From assembly GCA_951406725.2 (NCBI GenBank), contig OX597819.1:121210001-121274000 (forward strand): a stretch of 64,000 bases of DNA, given 5' to 3'. This document shows positions 1 to 13,422 of the stretch, one piece after another (the first letter of the stretch is position 1; the number at the start of each line of letters is the position of its first letter). The position numbers and the translations under genes are program-made. This DNA comes from Octopus vulgaris. Taxonomy: Eukaryota. The notes under the pieces are model-generated. The model was not told the DNA's origin. It was given only the letters and a program-made list of their open reading frames with translations, and made no database searches.

Positions 1-174
1 AAGAAGTACCAATTAACTATTAGTTTTGTTCTACCCGAGTAGCCCCCAACCCGTAAACATTTCAGGGTTTGTGTCTGTAGCAGAAGGGACTATGCTCTTC
101 AGAATTAATGCATACTTCATCCACAAGGAATATTTTGTTCTTTACGTAAAGTTAATATGTTCTCAGAATGATGA

Positions 175-395
175 TGTATTTGATTCAAAATCTGGCACCA
201 AGCCAGCAATTTCAGGGCAGGGGTATGTCGATAACATCGACCCCAGTGTTCAACTGGTACTCATTTTATCGACCTCGAAACGGATGAATGACAAAATCGA
301 CATCGGTAAAATTTGAACTCAGAACGTAAAGACGGACGAAATGCCGCTAAGCATTTGGCTCTCAATGTTAACAATTTTGCTAGCTCGTCGCATTA
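175..395 (-). mobile_element. Degenerate tRNA-derived SINE, group S2
   Basis: Reverse complement of the S2 head and central domain (aatttgaactcagaacgtaaagacggacgaaatgccgctaagcattt; atcgaccccagtgttcaactggtactc), matching the copies at 8821 and 11260. Confidence 0.8.
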
Positions 396-1039
396 GTATG
401 ATGAAATATTACCAATATTTTGGTTCCTCGTTGATTTCCGAACTATCATTTTAAGCTGTTTTTAGATGAAATTCATTTTCAGTGCGAATTATCTGTTTTA
501 TTTTTGTTTAATATCGTTAATCCAGCTTAGTAACGCGCTGCAATCTTTGCAAAATTCAACGGTTAGGTTTTCAAATATTTTTCTATCATTCTTTCATTTC
601 CGGTTTACGTCTACTTTTGTACTTAGCGTTCTGTTTATCACAAAGGTTTATTTATTTTTTTAATCTCAAATTCTAACACTCATTACTTAGCGGTTCGGCA
701 AAAGGGCCCTACAGAATAACTACGAGAATTGATAAATACAAATGAGAGATGGTCTTTATTTATTCAGCCAAAAAGCCTTCAAAGTTGGTTCGGTGACCCA
801 GCATGACTAGAGTCCAATGAATGAAACATGTAAAAGATAACAGATATCCAAAAGACGTGGTAATCACAGCTGGAACGCTTTTGATCAAAGTTTTGCTTCA
901 TCAGAATTTGACTTAGCGTTAAACACCACCGATAAAAAAAAATTCTTTTAAAAACGAAAAGAAAAAAAAAGGAAATTCAGTTATGTAGCAATATCAAAAA
1001 AAAAAGTTCCTTCATCTTTTCTCATGGAACCTGCTGCAT

Positions 1040-1894
1040 GAGAATCTTCCATCTTCAACCAACTTGTTTCGACGATGTTTTCCTTACACCATTACCCTTC
1101 CTTCCTTCCATCCTTCCTTCCATCCTTCCTTCCTTTCTCTCTATCACCCTTTACTCTCCTTCTATCTTAGATTTGCTTCTATCTTATTACTTTCAACTTC
1201 CAAGTTACGTTCTTCACTCCTATCTATTTGCTCCACTTCTTTACGTTATCACTTCAAGCTTTATTTTGGTCCTTTTAAACATATTTTCTTTTGTCTTTCT
1301 TCTCTTTAACCTTGCTCCTATTCATATCTTCCTCTACTGCTATCTTGTTCCATCCATATCTTCCTGTATTCATATCTCCTTCCATCCATATCTTCATATA
1401 TCCACAACTTCCTGTATTCACATCTAGTCTTCATTTCCTTCTTACTACTTCATCGTCTTTGTTTCATTCAATTGTTTTCGTTTTCTTTACTCTTTCATTC
1501 TTTCTTTCTTTCCTTCCTTCTTTCTTTCTACATCATATCTTCCATCTCAGTTTTTCTCTTACCCTTTTATCTCTCAATTTTCCCTCAATTTTTTTTTTGT
1601 CTTCTTTTCTTCCCAATTCCGATCGTTCTGCTTTATTTCCCGCTTGTCCTTCCATACCTCCTATTCTCTTCCAATAGTCTATACAAATCTCTGTTGCTTT
1701 CTATGTTCCACTGTAACATTATTCATACCTCAGCCCTCGCCCTATTATCTCTCTCTCTCTCTCTTTAACATTGCCCCTCTCCCTTTCTTTAACTTCATCA
1801 CTCTCTTTAACATTACTCCTCTCACTTTCTTTACTTCATCTCTCTTTCTTTCTCTCTCTCTCACTCTCTCTCTCTCTCTGTCTCTTCCTCTCTA

Positions 1895-1956
<62 letters not shown>

Positions 1957-3425
1957 GCTTCATCTCTCTCTCTTTAACATTGCCCCTCTCTCTTTAACTT
2001 CATCTCTCTTTCTCTCTTTAACTTAATCTCTTCTTTCTTTCTTTCTTTCTTTCTTTCTCTCTCTCTCTATCTATCTATCTATCTGTCTACCTATCTTTCG
2101 CTTCATCTCTCTTGCATTCATTTCTTTTGTTTTTTTGCTTCATCTCTCTTTCTCATCTCGTTCTGTCACTTCTTCTCTCTGTCTTCTCTCGCTTACTCTC
2201 TTTCTCTCTCTCTGTCCCTCTTTCACTCATTCATTCTCCATTACACCATAGAGCAAACAGTCAACCAGGCATGACCAGCCACGACCAGCCACGACCAGCC
2301 ATGACAGGTCTAACGCACGCTTACACACAAAAACACACACACTGTCTCTCTCTCTCTCTCTCTCGCAAATAGCCTTACCATCGCACTCACACACACAGCC
2401 ACCGCCACCCTGGGGCACCATACTGCCACGCTGCCAATCAACTCCTTCATCAATCGCACTACTTTGCAGTCTAGTGTTGAACTGTGTTATCGCCAGATCG
2501 ATTGAACGACAATCAATTAGATACACATCGGGTCATCAACAACAACGACAACAACAACAACAACTACAACAATAACAACAACAGCAACAACAACGACCAC
2601 AACGACCACAACACAAACTGTTTCTAAACAGCAACAACTACACAAATAACAACAACAGAAATCTACATAAAATCGACAACAATAAAAGGAACACCAACAA
2701 CAATGGTGATTATAGTATTTGCTTTTATTTTTGACCAACGACAAGAACAAAAGACATCAAACACACCACGCACTCTCCTCCTCCTAACACTCTCGGCTTC
2801 TCTCGCTCTTTCGCAATCTCTCTCTCTCTCTCTCTGTCTGTCTCTCTTTCCCTGTTTGTGTCTCTATCTCTTTCCTTCTATCTCATTCTCCTCACTCAAT
2901 CCGGTTCGGTCTCTACGTCTGAATTTCTGTTTGACACCCACACTCTCTCACCTTCACCTTCGCTCTCCCATTCTCTGTCTATCAGTTTCTATATTTCTTT
3001 CTCACTCTCTCTCTCTCAAACTTTACCTGTCTCTCTCTGACTCTCTGTCTCTCTCTCTCTCTGTCTCTCTCTCTCTGTCTCTCTGTCTCTCTCTGACTCT
3101 CTGTCTCTCTCTCTTTCTCTGTCTCTGTCTCTGTCTTTCTCTGTCTCTCTCTGTCTCTCTCTCTCTCTCTATTTGTCACAGTATCTGAATCAGTCTGTAT
3201 GTCTCTCTCTCTCTCTCTCTCTCTTATTCTCTCTCTATTCTCTCTTTTATTCTCTGTCCTCTCTGTCCTCTTTCTCTCTCTCTCTCTCTTCTCTCTCTTC
3301 TCTTTCTCTCTCTCCACCTCACATTGTCTCAGTCAGTCTATATTTTCTCCCTCTCACCCTCTTACTCTCCCGTACTCTGCCTCTCTCAGTCTCTCTTTCT
3401 CTCTTTCTTACTTTGTCTCTCTCTG

Positions 3426-3463
<38 letters not shown>

Positions 3464-3470
3464 ACTTTGA
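1040..3470. repeat. Polypyrimidine-dominated low-complexity region: (CT)n, (CTTT)n, (CTAT)n, with a (CAA)n-rich interruption at ~2540-2700
   Basis: Seen directly: extreme C/T skew on the + strand. The S/L-rich and R/E-rich ORFs here are repeat read-through. Confidence 0.95.
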
Positions 3471-3823
3471 TACACTCGCACTTTCACGTACACGCGTAGA
3501 CACACACACATGCAAATATACACCAAAGATACGACTTTTTAGCTTCGATGTCATGCATTCATGAATAATAGCGTCGTTTATTATAAATTACCAGCGGTCA
3601 AATCGATGACTCACTACATTTCTGATGGCAAAGATAAGACTATATCTACCCACGAAACTAGGACGTAATAGATATCCGTGTCTTCTTTATTGTCCGATGC
3701 ACCTACATATTAGTAATACATCATTAATGGGTATGACTTTCGCCGACACAGATAAGCGCACATTCAAAAACATACATATAAACGCATGTGTGTGTGTGTG
3801 TGTGCGTATGTGTGTGTGTGTGT

Positions 3824-3883
<60 letters not shown>

Positions 3884-3929
3884 CCGTATGATTGACCGCT
3901 AGCTTCAAAAGCTTTATTTTTATCATTCT

Positions 3930-4076
3930 ATGTTTATTTTCTCGTGTTCCTTTCTGCTCAAGAGCGTAGGCTCGAAATATAAAAGACTTTCTTACCTTCC
4001 TGAGCGTTAAACTAATATACCTGTTTGTTCTTTATACACCTGTCTTCGTCTTTGGTTTTTCTGTAAATTTCAACTA
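3930..4076 (+). mobile_element. Penelope-like element pLTR relic with degenerate minimal hammerhead
   Basis: cttt-ctgctca-a-gagc(gtag)gctc-gaaa-tata-aaag at 3950-3985, then ttcctgagcgttaaac. Related copies at 19783-19998 (+) and 50780-50940 (-). Ends in (TA)n. Confidence 0.6.
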
Positions 4077-4087
4077 TATATGTATAT

Positions 4088-4197
4088 ACCGGAATAAACA
4101 CATAAATGTGAAACAAGGTGGAAAAAAGAGTACTCAAATACGTGAAATTCCGAGTAACAGCTTTTGTTAAATATCTGCTGCTTTTAAATAAAGTATA
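4088..4197. mobile_element. Internally deleted copy of the hammerhead-bearing repeat at 24483-24730
   Basis: cgtgaaattccgagtaacagcttttg matches 24605-24630. aaacaaggtggaaaaaagagtactcaaatac is the reverse complement of ~24678-24710. Confidence 0.6.
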
Positions 4198-4202
4198 TAT
4201 AA

Positions 4203-4254
<52 letters not shown>

Positions 4255-4313
4255 GTATGTATATGTATGCATATATATATACACATACATATGTATATAT
4301 ATATATGTATATT

Positions 4314-4362
<49 letters not shown>

Positions 4363-6696
4363 GTGTGTGTGTGTGCGTGTGCGCCTGTTTATATGCGTGC
4401 TTGCGCGTGTGTCTGACACCCACTGTTGGTTTGTTTACATCCTCCCTCCCGCTAATCAGTTTGGAAAGGAGGGACCGACTGGGTATACAAGAGTGTAAAA
4501 ACTAAACTAGGGGTATGGACCCTGGGAGTTCATAAAAGATTTTTAGCGGTTCACGTATCCAATGTAGTAAATCGGGGGAAAGGATGGACACGGTAATTTT
4601 TCAGGCGCCATGAAAAAAATTGTGCTTCAGAGCAGTGAAGTTTATGCGCAATAAATTGGTTATACATCCTAAGTACACAAAATAAATGAACAGTTTTTAT
4701 ATATATCCTAATAATATTAGGTTGAGGAAGAAGTTCGTGCGCCGTGTTAAAATAATGCCTTTTCTATATATTTTTGTGGTGTGTGTCTTCATTCAGTTCA
4801 TGTCATGTTCAATGGTGACTCGCTGGTCAACTGTACCCAAGACTTTTTACAGTATTCTACAGCTTTCTCTTTCGTATTTTATTATCGTGTAGTTTGGGGT
4901 ATTGGTATGTTCATTATCATTGCTTCACTCTATTTTGATACCTTTAATTTTAGGAAAAAAATACATATAATCATTTATCTTTATGTGGCATCTTCAAAGA
5001 TTATACTCCAGTAAGCTGAACTATATGAACAGCATTATTCTAACATCTATAATTTTCTCCTCTGTTCAAGTTTGTAGGGGATTATTCTTCATTATTTGTT
5101 TTTCTAATCCCTCCTTATTTGATTTAATCCACTGCAGATTTACACACTTTACGATATTCTTCTATCGGCTAATTTATCCTGTGTCGTTTGGTATAAGTCA
5201 CAACATTTCGTTACAATAACTAAACTTTATATCAGATAAATAAACTTATAGTTTTCATAGTTATCCGGTTAGCGCAGATTTAACATTAAGTATTAGTTTA
5301 AAACAAACATTACACTATACTACACGCTGAAAATTTATTTACACAATCGCAAAGTTAGAGAATCTTCCAGTATAATGTTTATTATTAGAAATCCCTTCTA
5401 CATATCAGCATAAATTTTCTTCGTCTTTTCAAATACAAGGCAGGGGGTGTACCATTGACAGGGCCAAAGAAGGCCGAAATCACCGGATATGGTAGTCTCA
5501 GGGGCAATAGAAGAGTATTACCTTCCGCTAGCAGACTAGTACCTTTCTCCTAAATAATTGATTTCTCCGCCATGTTGAGCGTTAAATGTTTGCTTTTCGG
5601 GTTTCCACTAGTAAGCTGCCCTTGTGCTGGATTTTCAGACATGATAATAAATAAAAATTATAATAAATTAAGACAAATAACTACTTAACTGCAAGAGTTA
5701 CACAGGAACAGGCATCGTCTGATGCATCCACCACGGAAACCAAAAGAAAGCGACCGCGCGGCGAACTGCTACAGCCTGCGAAATTCAAAGCTAGCCAGTT
5801 TCAAAAATTGCCGGATTTCTGGTAATTCTGGATTTCTATTGGGTTGTCCGGAAATTTCGTGCCGACTTTTAAAGGAAAGAAAAAGGTCAATAAATACTTG
5901 CCATTACATTTTTAAACAACCAAATATGAACCCTTTTGCTAGTGATCTAAGCATGAGTGCTTGTATGCATAACAAGTCCACAAGTGAGGTCCTCTCATAG
6001 CAAGTAATGCAGTATTCTTTGTTCTAAAGCATATCCACTTTTAGCGGAAGATAAAAAATATTATCAGAAATATCAAATTTCTAAATCTCTCATAGAGATA
6101 TGTACGGTGGTGGGGCGATAGAATGGTTGTATACTGTCAATCTAACGTGAACGTGACAGTAGGGGGTTACACCACCGCTGTTTAGCCCTAGGAAGCATCG
6201 ACGCCTCCTGATGGCTTTGATACATTTTTCCTGTGTCCTTATATACATTTACGAAGGGGAGACAAACACCCTAATGCTTCTGTTACGATTTATCATAATT
6301 TACTTTTAGAATTTATCCAGATTATAAACCTAACGGTCTTTCAAGCTTCAAATCCTTTTTTTTTTTTTTTTTTGTATTCCTTCAGTACATTTTCTTACCC
6401 TCAACAATTCCATAAATAGATTTTCCCCCCGTAAGTGCTGAGGATATCAAAGTTCAATCAAGCTAATTCATAAATCTTTCTCTTTATTTTATTTTACTAT
6501 ATTTTATTTTCGTATGAATAGATATCATAAAAATCTGTATACAAAGAATAACAGTTCCTGATTTCCTTATTCAATCTGTGGCCCCTCTTGTATTACATTG
6601 GAAAATATCTTTATATTAAAATTTCCATCTGACAACAGTTAGGCGTATGTATGCGTACAGATACTCTTGACGATGTCATTGTGAATTTGAAGGGAT

Positions 6697-6748
6697 TTAT
6701 ATATATATATACATATATATACACATATACACACATATATATATATAG

Positions 6749-6791
<43 letters not shown>

Positions 6792-6878
6792 TATATGTGT
6801 GTATATATATATACATGTATATACATATATATATATATATACATACATATATATACATATATATACACATATACACAC

Positions 6879-6927
<49 letters not shown>

Positions 6928-6996
6928 TATATGTGTGTATATATATATACATGTATATACATATATATATATATATATACATACATATATATACAA

Positions 6997-7071
<75 letters not shown>
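6697..7071. repeat. (TA)n microsatellite with internal higher-order duplication
   Basis: TA array in which the variant block (acacatatacacacat ... atgtgtgtat ... acatgtatacat) occurs twice. Confidence 0.9.
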
Positions 7072-7072
<1 letters not shown>

Positions 7073-7429
7073 TTAGTGATATCTGTTGCTATTGTCTTTA
7101 TTGGCGATGCTGTTATTTTGCTGCAGTTGTTTCTGTTGGTTTGTTTTCGTTTTTTTTTTTGTCGTTGCTGTTTAAATTTCTCTTGCTATTTTCCTCTATC
7201 GTTTGTTGTTGCTGCTGTTGCCGTTTATTGTTGTAGTCGCTGTTGCTTCTGCTGCCTCTGCTGATGCTGCTGCTGCTGCTGTTGTTGTGCCCACTCGCTC
7301 GCTATCTTCTGATATCCGTCAGTGTTGTAATCTCGTCGCATTTGTCGCACCTCTACAACTTCTGTTGTATATAAAATATGAGATAAGAGCTTTGCATAAC
7401 CAAAAACACAAAACCCGGAAAAATAACAG

Positions 7430-8327
7430 AGGAAACCACGACCACCACTACCGTCGCCGCCGCCACCGATGCTACCGCTACCACGACCACGACTGCATCC
7501 ACCACCACCACCACCACCACTACCACAACCACCATCTTCACACACTACAACAACAACAGCAACAACAAGGCGATTACGTCTATCACTATCACTATGAAGA
7601 CGTTGAAAACAAGAATGATCACCGACTCAGCTATCAGAATCAGTGCTATCATCATCATCGTCATCATCATCGTCATCATTATTATCATCGCCGAAGTCGT
7701 CGTCGTCGTCGTCGTCATCGTCGTCATCATCATCATTATCCTGATCGCCATCGTCGATGTCATGATCATTATCATCATCATCGTCGTCGTCGTCGTCGTC
7801 ATCATCATCATCATCAATACTTTCATCATCATCATCATCATCGTCATCATAGTCTCATCGTCATTATCATGATCATCGTCATTATCATCATCTTCATCAT
7901 CATCGTTGTCGTTGGCATCATCATCATCATCTTCGTTGTCGTCGTCGTCGTCGTCATTATCATCCTCATCATCATCATCATCGTCGTCATCATCATCATC
8001 ATCAACATCGGCGTCAACATCATCATCATCATCGTCATCTTTGTTGTGGTCGTGGTGGTCGTCATCGTCATCGTCCTCATCATGATCATCACCATCATCA
8101 TCAATCGTCGTCGACGTCATCATCTTCGTCTTCATGATCATCATCATCATCATCATCATCGTCGTCATCATCATCATCATCAACATCGGCGTCAACATCA
8201 TCATCATCATCGTCATCTTTGTTGTGGTCGTGGTGGTCGTCATCGTCATCGTCCTCATCATGATCATCACCATCATCATCAATCGTCGTCGACGTCGTCA
8301 TCATCTTCGTCTTCGTCGTCGTCGTCG

Positions 8328-8379
<52 letters not shown>

Positions 8380-8470
8380 CAACATCACCGTCTTTGTCAT
8401 GGTCGTGGTGGTCGTGATCATCATCGCCGTCACCATCACCATCACCAATCGCCGTTGTCGTGGTCGTCAT
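7430..8470. repeat. Compound (CAC)/(CAT)/(CGT) trinucleotide array containing a 178-bp tandem duplication
   Basis: caatcgtcgtcgacg at 8102 and 8280. tttgttgtggtcgtggtggtcg occurs twice with the same spacing. Confidence 0.9.
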
Positions 8471-8820
8471 GATTCTCCCAATTCTTAGCTGCAGACGATA
8501 GGAGCCGCCGTAAACGTGGCCGCTCCACCTGATAGAAACAACAGTCAAATTTCCTTGCAATATCTATTTTTTAAAACAAAAGGTCATTAAGTAAGTTGGT
8601 CTGCTTCCGCTTGACATAGAAAAAACGAAGAGATGTTCACGGTGGGAAAGATTTTAATCAGGTTTAAGCTGGAGTTATGATGATCAATATCTTCTTTATT
8701 ATCAACATAACAAACATTACTGCCATCATCACCAGCGCCGCCACCACCATTACACGTACCACTACCACCACCCTTTATTATTATTATTGTTGTTGTTGTT
8801 GTTAGTATTATTATTAATTT

Positions 8821-9033
8821 CGGTGAGCTGGCAGAAACGTTAGGACGCCGAGCATAATGCTTCGCGGTATTTCGCCTGTCTTCGTGTTCTGAGTTCAAAT
8901 TCTGCCCAGGTCGACTTTGCCTTTCATTCTTTCGGGTTCGATAAATTAAGTACCAGTTACACGCTGATGTAGATGTAATCGACTCATCCCCACCTCCCCC
9001 CAAATTTCAGGCCTTGTGCCTATAGTTGAAAGG

Positions 9034-9035
<2 letters not shown>
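8821..9035 (+). mobile_element. tRNA-derived SINE group S2, tail type A, with long (ATT)n tail
   Basis: A-box-like gagctggcagaaacgttagg, B-box gagttcaaattc, central gcctttcattctttcgggttcgataaattaagtaccag (resembles the Meta/Sauria-SINE domain), tail ggccttgtgcctatagttgaaagg, then (ATT)n. Confidence 0.9.
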
Positions 9036-9096
<61 letters not shown>

Positions 9097-9145
9097 GTTA
9101 TTGTTGTTGTTGTTGTTGTTGTTATTGTTGTTGTTGTTGTTGTTA

Positions 9146-9806
<661 letters not shown>

Positions 9807-9823
9807 AGTTATTATAATAATTA

Positions 9824-9985
9824 TGACTTCCAGCTCTTCCCAACCATGAAGCATTTTTGAAATGGAAGCACCTTTCGGATGATGAACTTATTTCTGAGGT
9901 AAAGTCTTGGCTCCAGATGAAGTCTTCACATTTGCATAAAGTGATGGGAGAAGTGTGTCAACATTATTGATGCCTATGTATAATA
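9824..9985 (+). pseudogene. Mariner transposase C-terminal fragment, frameshifted
   Basis: Across frames: DFQLFPTMK..GKHLSDDELISEVKSWLQ...WEKCV..., matching the mariner C-terminal pattern SDYHLF..LK..L.GK.F...EV...W...RWEKCV. Confidence 0.75.
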
Positions 9986-11158
9986 AGGTTCTTTTCTGTT
10001 TGGCTGCCATCATTGCAAAAATTCAAGTTTACCGAAAATTTTTTAATTTGGCTCATTAATATACTTTTCCATGCTGAATTGCCGGATTATTTTCACTTTT
10101 GTCCAGAAAAAAATGTTCTTAAAAATGTTATAGAGATTAAAAGTTTCACTCAGTTAGGAAACTGCACATTTTGTTAACATCTTGAAAATAGCACTTGTGT
10201 TTTTATATGAAACTGTAAACAAATGAATTACGCATGACATATAAACCCTCGTAATTTTTTTTTTTATTCGAGATTCAGAAATCTTTCGCGAATTTGTATT
10301 TTACGCGCGGGACATCATACGATTATGTAAAAGAAAAATGGTGTGTGTGGCTGATTTAAGGCCTACTAAGCTGTTATTCACCACCACATCACAAAAAGGA
10401 AAGAACGAGCAAACAGCATGTCTTTTTTAGTTTTAAGCATTCAATGTGCATTTAATGCGGTAACACGAACTTAACAGATTTATCCAGAAACGATATTTAG
10501 CTGTTATTTTTTACACACCTCACGGCCACCTCAATGAGAAAACGAAACGGGTAAGCAACACAACACATACTTTATTGTTTTAAGTATTCAATATGCATTT
10601 AATGCGATAGCACGAGCTTAAAAGATTTATCTAGAAACAAAATAGCACATTACAATTTAAATATTTTTAAAAAACAAACATTTTGTTGACCAGTTCATTC
10701 AAAACGAAAGTTAGAAATGCATTCGGTCAATTTCTGGAAGAAATCACAATTTTCGTATCCCCCGCGCTACATAAATTCACAAACTCAATTGTCAACAAAT
10801 AGGTAAAACAAGTGGTTTTAATATATTTGTCAAAACGTGCTTTCCCGCAGACAAAAGAGTTCTCGTATGTCCGCTTGTTAATATTGAAACAGGCATGAAT
10901 GTGTCCGAGGGTTAGGATTGGGTACAATTACTTAAAATTTTCAAAATTTAATTACTAATAATTTTTTATTTATTAATTTAAATGAACATGGTTTTCATGT
11001 CGTTCATTAGCCGATAAAAGTGTATTATTACACTGAATATGATATCAATTCGAACAGAAATTGATGCTAGCGGCCAAACCGAAGTGATCCTCAAGTTTCA
11101 TTTATCCCAGGCATTGGGAAATGGATCGGGGGAAAAGTTTAATAAACACCCCTACCCG

Positions 11159-11235
<77 letters not shown>

Positions 11236-11259
11236 ACGCAACGAAATCGATCGTTGGAA

Positions 11260-11840
11260 GGCGGCGATCTGGCAGAACCGTTAACTCTCCGGGCGAAATG
11301 CGTAGCGGTATTTCGTCTGCGTTACGTTGTGAGTTCAAACTCCGCCGAGGTCGATTTTGCCTTTCATCCTTTCGGGATCGATAAATTAAGTACCAGTTAC
11401 GCACTGGGGTCGATGTAATCGACTTAATACCTATGTCTGTCCTTGTTTGTCCCCTCTGTGTTTAGCCCCTTGTGGGTAATAAAGAAATAGGTATTTCGTC
11501 TGCCGTAACGTTCTGAGTTCAAATTCCGCCGAGGTCGACTTTGACTTTCATCCTTTCGGGGTCGATTATATAAGTAACAGTTACGCACTAGTGTCGATGT
11601 AATCGACTTAATCCGTTTGTCTGTCCTTGTTTGTTCCCTCTGTGTTTAGCCCCTTGTGGGTAGAAAAGAAATAGGTATTTCATCTGTCTTTACGTTCTGA
11701 GTTCAAATTCCGCCGAGGTCAACTTTGACTTTCATCATTTTGGGGCCGATAAATTAAGGACCAGTTGCGCATTGGAGTCGGTGTAGTCGACTGGCCCCTC
11801 CCCGAAAATTTCGGGCCTTGTGCCTAGAGTAGAAAGTAAT
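11260..11840 (+). mobile_element. S2 SINE trimer: one head, two tail-B units and a final tail-A unit
   Basis: Units start at ggtattt at 11307, 11490 and 11674. Tail B ends ...cccttgtgggt..aaagaaata. The last unit ends ...gggccttgtgcctagagtagaaag. Confidence 0.92.
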
Positions 11841-11895
11841 TTTTGAAGCTTGAGCTCTTGAACCCCACCCCAAATCTACGTAGACAAAACATCGT

Positions 11896-12262
11896 TGCAC
11901 TCTGCCAGTTACGATGACGAGGGTTCCAGTTGATACGATCGACGGAACAGCTTGCTCGTGAAATTAACTTGCAAGTGGCTGAGTACTCCACAGACACGTG
12001 TAATCTCAAGGAGATTCAGCGTGACACAGTTTGTGACTAGGCTGGCCCCTTTGAAATACAGGTACAACAGAAATAAGAAGAAGGAGTGAGAGAAAATTGT
12101 GGTGAAAGAGTACAGCAGGGTTCTCCATCACCCCTTGCCAGAGCCTCGTGGAGCTTTAGGTGTTTTTGCACAATAAACACTCACAACGCCCGGCCTGGGA
12201 ATCGAAACCGCGATCCTACGTCCGCGTGTCTGCTGCCCTAACCACTGGGCCATTGCGCCTCA
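11896..12262 (-). mobile_element. tRNA-derived SINE group S3 (body X, tail P)
   Basis: Reverse complement of the element at 12636-13025 (ggcgcaatggcccagtggttagggcagc; ggtttcgattccc). Confidence 0.9.
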
Positions 12263-12635
12263 CAAATTCACGTATATGCATATATAATTTGTGAGGGAGA
12301 GAGAGAGAAAGACAGAGAGAGTAACAGTCAGACAGAGAGTAAACACAATTCTGAAGATAGTGATGAGCATCATAATTCTTAGATGTTTCATAAGCGACTG
12401 AATTGTCTTCAATTGAAAATTATGATTTGCTGAAGATGTATAGCAAGTCCGGAATATGTTAAGCATTAATATAACTCAAGTTTAGACTGGCATCTTTAAC
12501 CAAGTCACCGATTAAAATTTATAATTTCATAAACTTCGCCGTTGCACCTTGTGAAACGAAATTGTCATTGTTTTAATTTTAATTCATTAAACATAAATTT
12601 CGTTTTCACTCGCCATTTGCTGTATATCAGTAAAC

Positions 12636-13025
12636 GTGGAGGCGCAATGGCCCAGTGGTTAGGGCAGCGGACTCGCGGTCATAGGATCGCGGTTCCGATT
12701 CCCAGACCGGGCGTTGTGAGTGTTTATTGAGCGAAAGCACCTAAAAAGCTCCACGAGGCTCCGGCAGGGGATGGTGGGGACCCCTGCTGTACTCTTTCAC
12801 CACAACTTTCTCTCACTCTTACTTCCTGTTTCTGTTGTACCTGTATTTCAAAGGGCCGGCCTTGTCACTCTCTGTGTCACGCTGAATATCCCCGAGAACT
12901 ACGTTAAAGGTATACGTGTCTGTGGAGTGCTCAGCCACTTACACGTAAATTTCACGAGCAGGCTGTTCCGTTGATTCGGATCAACCGGAACCCTCGTCGT
13001 CGTAACCGACGGAGTGCTTCCATCC
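12636..13025 (+). mobile_element. Full-length tRNA-derived SINE group S3 with 12-bp TSD
   Basis: A box tggcccagtggtt, B box ggttccgattccc. TSD atatcagtaaac at 12624-12635 and 13026-13037. Confidence 0.93.
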
Positions 13026-13422
13026 ATATCAGTAAACATTTAACTAAATGCTCTTTCTAACGTTAAAACGCTTCACTGTTTTCAGAATACATTGGATGAA
13101 TGAAATGTAGTCCAGCAATCACCCAAACAGTGACTGCGTTCTAAGATTTATACAAACTACTCAAACAGGTGAGATTATTTATGTAATCTAAAGATGTCTC
13201 AATTCTCATACTTCGAGGAGCGAATTCTCAATTATAACGACCCTCATAAGAGACCGGTTCTATTTATTACAATAGGATGAGAGGCAACGTTAGGCTTAAT
13301 ATTTTACGACGCTAACTATATAGCCTAAAAGGGGTTGCTGCAAAGTTCCAGGCTTTGAGTAAAAGAAAGTACAAGAGGATCAGTTAATTATGAAGTTATT
13401 CAACATATTCCCCTTCTCAGAT

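Noticed and set aside
4780-5770. Possible decayed LINE 5' end/ORF1 on the minus strand
   Set aside because: No diagnostic motif could be read; frames are broken.
7203-8417. 404-aa His/Ile/Ser-rich ORF and similar long ORFs (22157-23338, 36472-37386, 40158-40886)
   Set aside because: Pure microsatellite read-through, open in several frames and on both strands, with no domain.
12636-12712. tRNA genes at SINE heads (also 16830-16900, 63411-63487)
   Set aside because: They continue into SINE bodies and tails, one has a TSD, and there is no oligo-T terminator.
13086-13168. Plus-strand exon candidate (ttttcag ... cag|gtgaga)
   Set aside because: Stop codons in all three frames and no other support.
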